Virus record (IMG/VR): IMGVR_UViG_2617271079_000001 | Span: 29,667 to 93,666 of that record | Reading direction: 5' to 3' (one strand) | DNA length: 64,000 nucleotides | Origin: a virus | Taxonomy: Duplodnaviria > Caudoviricetes | Shown: positions 1 to 7,443 of the stretch, one piece after another | Numbering within the stretch: the stretch's first letter is position 1 | How the letters are laid out: each line of letters opens with the position of its first letter | Program-made: the position numbers and the translations under genes | The notes under the pieces: model-generated | The model's database searches: none | What the model saw: only the letters and a program-made list of their open reading frames with translations | Told to the model about the DNA's origin: nothing

Positions 1-93
1 TTGTTCCATGGTGCTCTTTCGCAACCGGAAACCATGTCGAACGGCAATGTGTTCAGAATCCCGTCATCACAACTTTCTGTAGGGTTTGATTGA
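1..93 (+). CDS. 3' end of phage virion structural protein (partial)
   Basis: Frame 1 reads LFHGALSQPETMSNGNVFRIPSSQLSVGFD*, resembling the C-terminus of a common small phage virion beta-protein; start is outside window. Confidence 0.55.
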   Translation: MFHGALSQPETMSNGNVFRIPSSQLSVGFD

Positions 94-141
94 TATGAGC
101 GACATAAAGCTGACGGTTAATTCTACGGAGTTTGCGGTGTA

Positions 142-1614
142 ATGACGAAGTATCTTTCGTTCGAAGGTAGTACGTCTTACTTGAAATTGCCTGTTTTAAC
201 ACTCGATAAGATTGTTTTAGACGTTTATGTAGATGTCGCTAACAACCCAGCTTCTCCCGTTAGGTATCTTTTCGATGCGAGAACGGGGGTCACAAATGCC
301 TTAATATACAATGGCTCATATAGTTCTGGAATTGGAACTCCATTGAACGTTTTTATTAATGACGATTCAACGGTTGTCAATCAGGTTACTAAATGGATAG
401 ATATACCGAAAAGCGTGAGGCAGAAGATGTTCATCTCACCTTCATCAAACGGGGTTACATTTACAGACGATATAACCGTATTTTCTCATAACAACGGTTC
501 GAGTTGCGGTATTGGTAAGTTATACGATGTTAAGTGTTATCTAAATGGTACTGTCATCGCACACTACGACATGTCAACCGGAACAGTCCAAGACCAATCC
601 GGCAACGGCAATCACGCCACGCTAGTCGGAGGAACTTGGGTAGACGACGGCACAGGTGGAACACCTACAGAAATGACGGGGTCTTCTACTTTAAAGGGTT
701 CAGGGATACTTGATGTAAATGGTCAATTGATTAAAAATGCTACTGTTGTCTTAAGTGGCACCGGTGAACTCGAAGCTACTGGAGAAAAAGTTACTGTCAT
801 CACTTCCTCAGCAATCCTAACGGCAAAGGGAATCATTGAAGCGGCAGGGAATCGTGAAGTAAATGTATCTTCGGCTCTAGTCGGGTCAGGTTTGCTTGAA
901 ATATCTGTCGGAGATGTAACTGTCATTACAGCTTCAGCCAATCTCATTGGAGTAGGGAACCTCATCGCAGAAGGTATTCGGATAGTGAATGCTTCAGCTG
1001 ATATTATAGGCGATGGTGATTTATATGCACACGGTGAACGTATTGTTCAATCTGGGGCTGTCTTAAACGGTACAGGCTTATTTGAAGCAACCAGTCAGAG
1101 GATAGTAATTGCTGATGCTGAATTAATCGCCAGTGGGAAGCTGAACATTATACAAGGTGAACCGATCATTGGAAAGATTCCTATTAGGGGAAGACGAGAA
1201 TTGTATGTATACCTGGTAGGTAAACGAGAGCTTTTCGCACCTATTAAGGCTAAAAGGGAATTGTACATAAACTTAAGGGGTGATCTTAATGTGACTATTG
1301 AAAATGCGTTAATCAAGATGTTTGCCGGTGATACAAAGTATTTGCCAATTGAAATCGAGGGTGTATCAGACTTTTCTGGGTCCATTCTTAAATGGGCTTT
1401 CATGAAATCCATCTACCAGCCGGATATCTTACTGATGAAAACCTTTGATGACGGAGTAACCATTGTAGAAGGGCAGCCTCATGTGAAGCTAAATCCTGAA
1501 GATACCATGAACATTTCAGGTAAGCATTACTATGAAGTGGAATTCACTGATGCAATCGGGAATGTTTCCACCGTCGCTACAGGTCAAATCGATATTATGA
1601 AGAGTGGTGTTTGA
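142..1614 (+). CDS. Putative virion fibre/adhesin: LamG/ConA-like N-terminal domain, ~8 x 20-22 aa beta repeats, BppU-like C-terminal domain
   Basis: AHYDMSTGTVQDQSGNGNHATLVGG resembles a LamG-type jelly-roll end; periodic S/A-x-x-L-x-G-x-G-x-L repeats; C-terminal YYEVEFTDAIGNVSTVATGQIDI. Confidence 0.55.
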   Translation: MTKYLSFEGSTSYLKLPVLTLDKIVLDVYVDVANNPASPVRYLFDARTGVTNALIYNGSYSSGIGTPLNVFINDDSTVVNQVTKWIDIPKSVRQKMFISPSSNGVTFTDDITVFSHNNGSSCGIGKLYDVKCYLNGTVIAHYDMSTGTVQDQSGNGNHATLVGGTWVDDGTGGTPTEMTGSSTLKGSGILDVNGQLIKNATVVLSGTGELEATGEKVTVITSSAILTAKGIIEAAGNREVNVSSALVGSGLLEISVGDVTVITASANLIGVGNLIAEGIRIVNASADIIGDGDLYAHGERIVQSGAVLNGTGLFEATSQRIVIADAELIASGKLNIIQGEPIIGKIPIRGRRELYVYLVGKRELFAPIKAKRELYINLRGDLNVTIENALIKMFAGDTKYLPIEIEGVSDFSGSILKWAFMKSIYQPDILLMKTFDDGVTIVEGQPHVKLNPEDTMNISGKHYYEVEFTDAIGNVSTVATGQIDIMKSGV

Positions 1615-1808
1615 AGATGGACGTAAGCAAAGGAAGATGCCCAAATAAGCAAAAGGGCTGTGAGTGCAATCGGGTGTGTGCAGCCCTTTACGGGAAACAC
1701 GCTCGTTCTCTTCGTCAAGATGCGATGGACGAGACAGATCCATTGAAGAAAGAAGAAAAGACCCGTACCTGGCAAGGTTTTATCAATAAATACGCAAAGA
1801 AAATATAA
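1611..1808 (+). CDS. Small Cys-containing hypothetical phage protein
   Basis: 65-aa ORF overlapping the previous stop, four Cys, followed by a hairpin and T-run at ~1819-1841. Confidence 0.5.
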   Translation: MKMDVSKGRCPNKQKGCECNRVCAALYGKHARSLRQDAMDETDPLKKEEKTRTWQGFINKYAKKI

Positions 1809-1845
1809 AATACCAAATAAGCACTCGGATGAGTGTTTTTTCTTT

Positions 1846-1882
1846 TGTCTTTTCCTCTGTAGACGCTATAAAGAACAGTGAG
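1846..1882 (+). promoter_or_regulatory. Candidate structured leader (GTCT/AGAC stem plus pseudoknot) upstream of scaffold gene
   Basis: TGTCT-TTTCCTCTGT-AGACG-CTATAAAGAACAG; same motif recurs at 48436 upstream of the prophage 2 scaffold. Confidence 0.45.
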
Positions 1883-1917
1883 AATAGCCCACTAAGGCTT
1901 AATTTAGGAGGAAACAC

Positions 1918-2664
1918 ATGAATACAATCAAATCTCTTATGCTGTCCATTCTCTTATTCGCTCAATCATTCTTCAAGAAGGATAAACGTCCTGTTCTTTC
2001 CACATACAAACCAATAAAACTTGATCTTCAGTTCTTCGCGGATGGCGGAGAAGGAGGAGATGGTGGTGATGGCGGAGGAGACGACGGAGGCGATGGAGGA
2101 AGCGGTGGCAGTAACAAACCGTTTGCAACATTCAATTCAAAGGATGAGCTCGACAAACGCTTGGGCCGGGCGGAAAGAAAAGGCCAGAAGGAACTAGCCA
2201 AAACGCTAGGCTTTGACTCTGTGGAAGCGATGCAAGAAGCATTAAAGAAACCTGACGACCAAAACAACAAAGATAAGGATAAGAATGGCGACCCCGTTGA
2301 TGTTGACAAGCTCGTTGAAGAAAAGCTGAAAGTAGAGCGGGAGAAATCATTTCTTCGTCTTCGTAATGCTGAAGTGAAGATCCAGGCAAAGGATTTGGAT
2401 TTCACGGATTGGGAAGATGCTCTTGTCTTAGCTGATTTTACTGACGTCAAAGAAGACGACAAAGGAAACATTGTCGGAGTGAAAGAAGCTCTCGAAGAAC
2501 TCGCTAAAAAGAAACCACATCTTTTAAAAGCGAAGAGTAATTCTTTCGGAGGGAACATCCCCAATAGTCAACAGAGCACTACTAAGTCTCTGGAAGACAT
2601 CAAGAAGATGGCACAGTCACGCAATGCATCAAATAATACTGCCTACAATCCGTGGGCGAAATAA
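1918..2664 (+). CDS. Capsid scaffolding protein
   Basis: KLDLQFFA Prp-type motif, Gly/Asp linker, charged helical body, AGGAGG RBS, position before decoration and capsid genes. Confidence 0.85.
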   Translation: MNTIKSLMLSILLFAQSFFKKDKRPVLSTYKPIKLDLQFFADGGEGGDGGDGGGDDGGDGGSGGSNKPFATFNSKDELDKRLGRAERKGQKELAKTLGFDSVEAMQEALKKPDDQNNKDKDKNGDPVDVDKLVEEKLKVEREKSFLRLRNAEVKIQAKDLDFTDWEDALVLADFTDVKEDDKGNIVGVKEALEELAKKKPHLLKAKSNSFGGNIPNSQQSTTKSLEDIKKMAQSRNASNNTAYNPWAK

Positions 2665-2683
2665 GAAAGAGGAGGAATAGTAC

Positions 2684-3058
2684 ATGCGTTTACAACCATA
2701 TCAAGCATTTGAAGTTGAAGGCGATTTTGAAATCCTGGCATCCAGAAAGGTAGTCCGTGAAGTAACGAACGGAATCACGATTGATTCATCTGTCGTAACT
2801 GCCGATGGTGATGGAAAGAAAATCTTGAAAAAAGGTTACCCGGTCGGAAAGCTGGCCAACGGCAAGTATGGTCCTTATGATTCTACCAAATCCAACGGGC
2901 AGGAAAGCCCTTCTGTCCTTATCAAGGAAACGATTGACGTTACTGCCGGTGATCACATTGTCGGAGGTTATGAAGTGGCCAAGGTTTACGCTGACCGCCT
3001 GCCGGTTACCGTTGATGCAACACTTAAAGGCAAAATGCCTCAGATCGTCTTTGCTTAA
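2684..3058 (+). CDS. Head decoration protein
   Basis: 124 aa between scaffold and major capsid; KILKKGYPVGK...GKYGPYD pattern typical of gpD-like decoration proteins. Confidence 0.75.
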   Translation: MRLQPYQAFEVEGDFEILASRKVVREVTNGITIDSSVVTADGDGKKILKKGYPVGKLANGKYGPYDSTKSNGQESPSVLIKETIDVTAGDHIVGGYEVAKVYADRLPVTVDATLKGKMPQIVFA

Positions 3059-3094
3059 TATAAATAAACTTATTTTCGAGGAGGAATACCACTC

Positions 3095-4228
3095 ATGACT
3101 GTAAAGAAACCAAAACTTTTACGTTTAGATATCCAATATTTCGCCGGTGGCGGAAGCGAAGGGAATCCTGTTTCCCACTCACTTGAGCAGGCATTATCCG
3201 GACAGGAGCTGCTTGTTTATTCCCGTAACCTAGCAACGCCGAACACATACCTACAGGATCTTTTATTCCCGGCCCGTCAGACATCTGAATTGACTGTTGA
3301 TCTTATCCGTGAAGGTTCCCGCTTACCGGTAATGGCACAAGTTGCTGAACTCGGTACTGAAATCCAGTTCGGTGCCCGTGAAGGGATGACTGGTGACCGT
3401 GTAACGATCCCTAAGATTCAACGTGGTCGTGCGATGGAAGAAAAACTGGTTCGCACTATGCTTATGGGAGGTCTTCGTTCTGCCGAAGTGGAAGAAATTC
3501 GCCGCACACAGCTCGATGATGCCGCATATGCAGTAGATGCCATCAAAGCCCGTAAAGAGTGGTTAGCGATGCAAGCCATTTCAAAAGGCGCAGTTCAGTA
3601 CGCTGAGGATGGTGTCCAGTTTGCTGTAGACTTCGGTTATACATCTGAACAGAAGCCGGTTCTATCTGGTACTGATCTATGGAGCGATACTACAGCTTCT
3701 AATCCACTTACCGACATCCAAGGATGGGTAGAAACTCAAGCGGATAAAGGAATCATCCTGAGCCGCGCACTAGCATCTCGCCGTGTCATTTCGTACCTGC
3801 TTCAAAACTTAAGTTTGCGTAAGGCATATTTCGGTGATCCATCCGGTTCAGCTAACCCACCTCAGTTGAACCAAGCCCAGCTTAACAGCCTATTTGATAC
3901 ACTTGGTCTTCCTCAGGTAGTTGCGTATGATACGCAGGCCCGTGTTGAAAATCGAGCTTTAACAAACGGAAAAGTAGGATTCTCCAACGTCCGGATGATG
4001 CCACAGGATCGTTTCGTATTGCTTCCTGCAGGTGAACTTGGTAACTTCCTATGGGCACAGACAACTGAAGAATTGGTGGCTGGAATTGAAGGAGAAACAA
4101 ATTCAAACGGTATCTTCGTATTCCGTGACATCGAGAAGAACCCGATTGTTGTGAAGACAATGGGTGTAAATCTTGCGTTCCCAGCGTTCGGTCTAAATGA
4201 TGCAGTCGTTGCAGCTACAGTAATCTAA
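3095..4228 (+). CDS. Major capsid protein (lambda gpE-like family)
   Basis: 377 aa, RLDIQYFA motif, ARKEWLAMQAI, VDFG and LWSD motifs; followed by terminator. Confidence 0.88.
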   Translation: MTVKKPKLLRLDIQYFAGGGSEGNPVSHSLEQALSGQELLVYSRNLATPNTYLQDLLFPARQTSELTVDLIREGSRLPVMAQVAELGTEIQFGAREGMTGDRVTIPKIQRGRAMEEKLVRTMLMGGLRSAEVEEIRRTQLDDAAYAVDAIKARKEWLAMQAISKGAVQYAEDGVQFAVDFGYTSEQKPVLSGTDLWSDTTASNPLTDIQGWVETQADKGIILSRALASRRVISYLLQNLSLRKAYFGDPSGSANPPQLNQAQLNSLFDTLGLPQVVAYDTQARVENRALTNGKVGFSNVRMMPQDRFVLLPAGELGNFLWAQTTEELVAGIEGETNSNGIFVFRDIEKNPIVVKTMGVNLAFPAFGLNDAVVAATVI

Positions 4229-4233
4229 TCGTA

Positions 4234-4262
4234 AGGGCGTCTCCGGACGCTCTTTTATTTTT
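4234..4262 (+). terminator. Rho-independent terminator after capsid gene
   Basis: AAGGGCGTC-TCCG-GACGCTCTT hairpin plus T-run. Confidence 0.7.
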
Positions 4263-4280
4263 GTATAAGGAGGAATTGAC

Positions 4281-4553
4281 ATGCACTTAATTTCTAACGG
4301 ATCAATTAAACATAATGGTAAATGGTATCAAGCCGGTGACAAGTTCCAGGTGAAGAAGGAAGAAGGCGAGCGTCTAATTTCCCATGACATTGCAAAAGCA
4401 GATGAAGAAGCAAACAAACAGCAGGCTGAAGCAGATGCGAAGAAAAAGGAAGAGGAAGAGCTAGCGGCTAAAGAAGCAGAAGAAGCAGCTAAAAAAGAGG
4501 CTGACGACAGTGGTGAAAGCAAAAAGAAAAGCAAATCGAAAGATAAAGGGTAA
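4281..4553 (+). CDS. Small head-associated phage protein
   Basis: IKHNGKWYQAGDKF N-terminus with a charged tail, strong RBS, directly after capsid gene. Confidence 0.65.
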   Translation: MHLISNGSIKHNGKWYQAGDKFQVKKEEGERLISHDIAKADEEANKQQAEADAKKKEEEELAAKEAEEAAKKEADDSGESKKKSKSKDKG

Positions 4554-4558
4554 TTCCC

Positions 4559-4942
4559 ATGGCGGTAAATGTATCTGATGTGTTCGCATTCATTGAGCAG
4601 AATGTATTGGACAAGTCAGCATGGGAGAAGGCAAACAATCAGGAAATCGCCATTAATCAAGCGACTATTCACCTTACTCGTTGGTACCCACTTACGGATC
4701 TTACAGCTGATGTGGTCGCTTACCAATCCATCTGGGAAGTGGAAGGTGCGGATCCTGCCCTGAAATATCAGAAACAGGGTGTGAAGTACGTCAGTGATGG
4801 TGGCGAACGAATCGATTATGAAAAACGTGATCGAGTCGCTCCGGACGTGAGGGAAATCCTTGGACCTCCAGCCTTTGAGGTAATTGAGGAGTTGGAAGAA
4901 GAGGAAGAACCGGTTGAGCTTTATGGCGGTGAGCTTCTATGA
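4559..4942 (+). CDS. Head-tail adaptor/connector protein
   Basis: Size, synteny and QGVKYVSDGGERIDY motif. Confidence 0.65.
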   Translation: MAVNVSDVFAFIEQNVLDKSAWEKANNQEIAINQATIHLTRWYPLTDLTADVVAYQSIWEVEGADPALKYQKQGVKYVSDGGERIDYEKRDRVAPDVREILGPPAFEVIEELEEEEEPVELYGGELL

Positions 4943-5256
4943 GCTTATTTGGATACCCAGCAACAGTGATCCACCAACAGGCTATTATCGACGACTGGAA
5001 TCGGGTAACCGGATACACCTCGAAAACCAAAGCGGCCAAGGTGGTTGAAGAACAGAAGGTTGTAAAAAATGCCAAAGGTGAGGATGTTCAATCTATTGCT
5101 GAGATCCATTTGGAGGGTCCTCAACAAATAAATTCGAATGATCACTTCGATTATGAGAATGCCTTTGGTGAAACAGTGTCTTATTACATTAAACATATTG
5201 AGGTAAAGAAGCAACTCGGGACCGATGAAGTAAAGAAAGTGATTGTCTATGGCTGA
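4939..5256 (+). CDS. Head closure/head-tail joining protein
   Basis: 105 aa beta-rich, overlapping start/stop, synteny. Confidence 0.6.
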   Translation: MSLFGYPATVIHQQAIIDDWNRVTGYTSKTKAAKVVEEQKVVKNAKGEDVQSIAEIHLEGPQQINSNDHFDYENAFGETVSYYIKHIEVKKQLGTDEVKKVIVYG

Positions 5257-5689
5257 TTACTTTTTTGACATTGAAGGAATCGATCTAATGCTCGATTACA
5301 TGGATCGAATCGATGAAGAAATGGAGAGGCGTATCGATCAAACGCTTAAAAAGTTGGCTAAGAAAATCATTTTCGACGCTAAGAAGCTTGCACCGGTTGA
5401 CTCGGGTGACCTTGAAGCAGCCTTAATTATTGATAATGTCGTGACTACCCTTCGTCAAAAGTACATTGATTTCGGAAACAGTCCAGAAGTGGACCATTAT
5501 GCGGTTGTGCAACATGAAGGATTCCGAAAAACAAGTGCAGGAACTGTAATTTATATGTCACCAAGGGAAGTTACTGAATCCAAAGGTCCTCACAAAGGGT
5601 TCCTCCCTGGTAAGAAGTTCTTGGAGAACGCGATCAAAATAAATGAAGAGCTGATTTTAAGAGAACTTGCCCAGGCGCTAGGATTTTAG
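5249..5689 (+). CDS. HK97 gp10-family neck protein
   Basis: AKKLAPVDSGDL and YAVVQHEG motifs. Confidence 0.8.
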   Translation: MADYFFDIEGIDLMLDYMDRIDEEMERRIDQTLKKLAKKIIFDAKKLAPVDSGDLEAALIIDNVVTTLRQKYIDFGNSPEVDHYAVVQHEGFRKTSAGTVIYMSPREVTESKGPHKGFLPGKKFLENAIKINEELILRELAQALGF

Positions 5690-5700
5690 GCGGTGAATGA

Positions 5701-6114
5701 ATGAGAGCGAAAGAATTTATTGAACATCTTGTATCACTCGGGTATTCGGTATTTCCAGATGCAAATATTATGCCTGAACTTGAAATGAGTAGAGGTCCCA
5801 CCCTCTTTGTTATGAGCTCTGCAAGTTCGCCGGCCGACCGTGATATTCCGATTGAGTTCCCTTCCTTTCAAGTCATTGTAAAGGGTGAGAACTATAAAAA
5901 TGATGTATCTCAAATGGATAAAACAGAGCAGTTGGCCAAGCAACTTATTTATGATTTGCGAACAGAAAACAGTCAAGTGATTGGTGAGAACTTGGTGTAT
6001 TACATCCGGGCGAATCAAAGTAACCCCATCCCGATTGGATTAGATGATCAATACAGACCAACATTCTCCACCAATTTCAGTTTGAAGATACAACCTATCT
6101 ATGAAGGGAGTTAG
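5701..6114 (+). CDS. Tail terminator/minor capsid-family protein
   Basis: PSFQVIVKG and GLDDQYRPTFSTNF motifs; precedes major tail gene. Confidence 0.7.
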   Translation: MRAKEFIEHLVSLGYSVFPDANIMPELEMSRGPTLFVMSSASSPADRDIPIEFPSFQVIVKGENYKNDVSQMDKTEQLAKQLIYDLRTENSQVIGENLVYYIRANQSNPIPIGLDDQYRPTFSTNFSLKIQPIYEGS

Positions 6115-6119
6115 ATGAA

Positions 6120-6671
6120 ATGGCTGGTAATTTAAATGTAATTGATGTACCACTGGGGCCTGCAACGGCCGAATACGGGACAACCACTCCAACGATCTAC
6201 AACGTAACTAAAGGAGGGGTGAACTTTAAGGCTAATACAACCAAAAAGGATGTAACGATTGACCAATTTGGTGATACTCCTGTTAAATCCGTCATCAAAG
6301 GTCGAACGTGCCAGGCAACGATCCCAATGGCTGAATCGGATTTAAAAAAATTATTCGTGGCCATTCCTAATGCCAAGTATGCAGAAGATGCCACTGATCC
6401 AGCAGCAATCAAAAAGCGTATTGATGTTTATGCCAATGCAGGATACAACTTAATGCAAGATGCAGACAAGCTGGTAATTAAGCCTACATCGGATGATACA
6501 ACAGCAAATGATTATGTAACGATTCCAAACGCGGTTCCACTAACTGATGTTGATTGGACGTATGATGCAGACAATGAGCGTGTTGCCTTGGTCACGTTTG
6601 TAGGATATCCGGATTCAGAAGGATTGCTATATACCCTGGGAGACGAATCAGTAACGGTACCAGTATCTTAA
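6120..6671 (+). CDS. Major tail (tube) protein
   Basis: 183 aa, TKGGVNF and DQFGDTPV motifs, position before tail chaperones. Confidence 0.8.
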   Translation: MAGNLNVIDVPLGPATAEYGTTTPTIYNVTKGGVNFKANTTKKDVTIDQFGDTPVKSVIKGRTCQATIPMAESDLKKLFVAIPNAKYAEDATDPAAIKKRIDVYANAGYNLMQDADKLVIKPTSDDTTANDYVTIPNAVPLTDVDWTYDADNERVALVTFVGYPDSEGLLYTLGDESVTVPVS

Positions 6672-6709
6672 AAGGGGGAGCTATAGGCTCTCCTTTTTTA
6701 TATGGAGGA

Positions 6710-7096
6710 ATGACGATGCTCAATCAATTCAAGAAAAGTTTTCTCAACGAAAATGAAATGTATTTAGGTGACAAAAAGGTTCAAATAAGAAAGATCACGC
6801 CTAGCAAATGGAAAGAACTCTTTTCGATGCTAGACAAGCTCCCCGGCCTCATGCTCCAAGTCTTTACCGCCCCGAAAAGCGATTATTATCAAACTCTAAT
6901 TGTGGCTCTTGAAGTTGCCATGGATGAGGTGCTTGATATTGTATCCGCCCTAACAGGTATTGAAAAATCTTACCTTGAAAATGACGAAAACAACGTTGGG
7001 ATGGATGAAATAATCTCTTATCTATCCAAAATGGCAAAGCATAACAACTTGCGAGATATGGCAAAAAACGTGAAAAGCCTTCTTCCAGAAAGGTAG
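6710..7096 (+). CDS. Tail assembly chaperone (gpG-like)
   Basis: Between tube and tape measure genes; slippery A-AAA-AAC at 7063-7069. Confidence 0.8.
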   Translation: MTMLNQFKKSFLNENEMYLGDKKVQIRKITPSKWKELFSMLDKLPGLMLQVFTAPKSDYYQTLIVALEVAMDEVLDIVSALTGIEKSYLENDENNVGMDEIISYLSKMAKHNNLRDMAKNVKSLLPER

Positions 7097-7428
7097 AAGG
7101 CGAAGATAAGATTACATCCGACGAGTTCCTTTACCAAGCATCCTTACAGTTAAATATTGCTCAAAAAACATTGGAAGAAAATTATTACATGGCTGATCTT
7201 CCTAGGATTTTAGAAGACATAGCCATTCAAAAGAACAAGCAGATTCTTGAAAAGATCATGATCCAACTGACCACCAATAATCGTTCCTTTGATCAAGATG
7301 AACATAAGCAAGTTATGAACCAGATCATCAAAGGGGCTGGTGTTGAAAAGTCAAATGATAAGTTCGACCGACAAGCGTTCGAAAAGCTTCGTTTTCTTAC
7401 CGATATGGGAGCAAATAAGTCGAAATAG
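7069..7428 (+). CDS. Tail assembly chaperone extension (gpT-like), reached by -1 frameshift
   Basis: -1 frame from 7069 (CGT GAA AAG...) is open into ORF 7171..7428. Confidence 0.75.
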   Translation, partial: REKPSSRKVEGEDKITSDEFLYQASLQLNIAQKTLEENYYMADLPRILEDIAIQKNKQILEKIMIQLTTNNRSFDQDEHKQVMNQIIKGAGVEKSNDKFDRQAFEKLRFLTDMGANKSK

Positions 7429-7443
7429 AAAGGAGGAACGCAT

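Noticed and set aside
2041-2112. GGA/GGC/GAT-rich low-complexity repeat
   Set aside because: It encodes the Gly/Asp linker typical of scaffold proteins.
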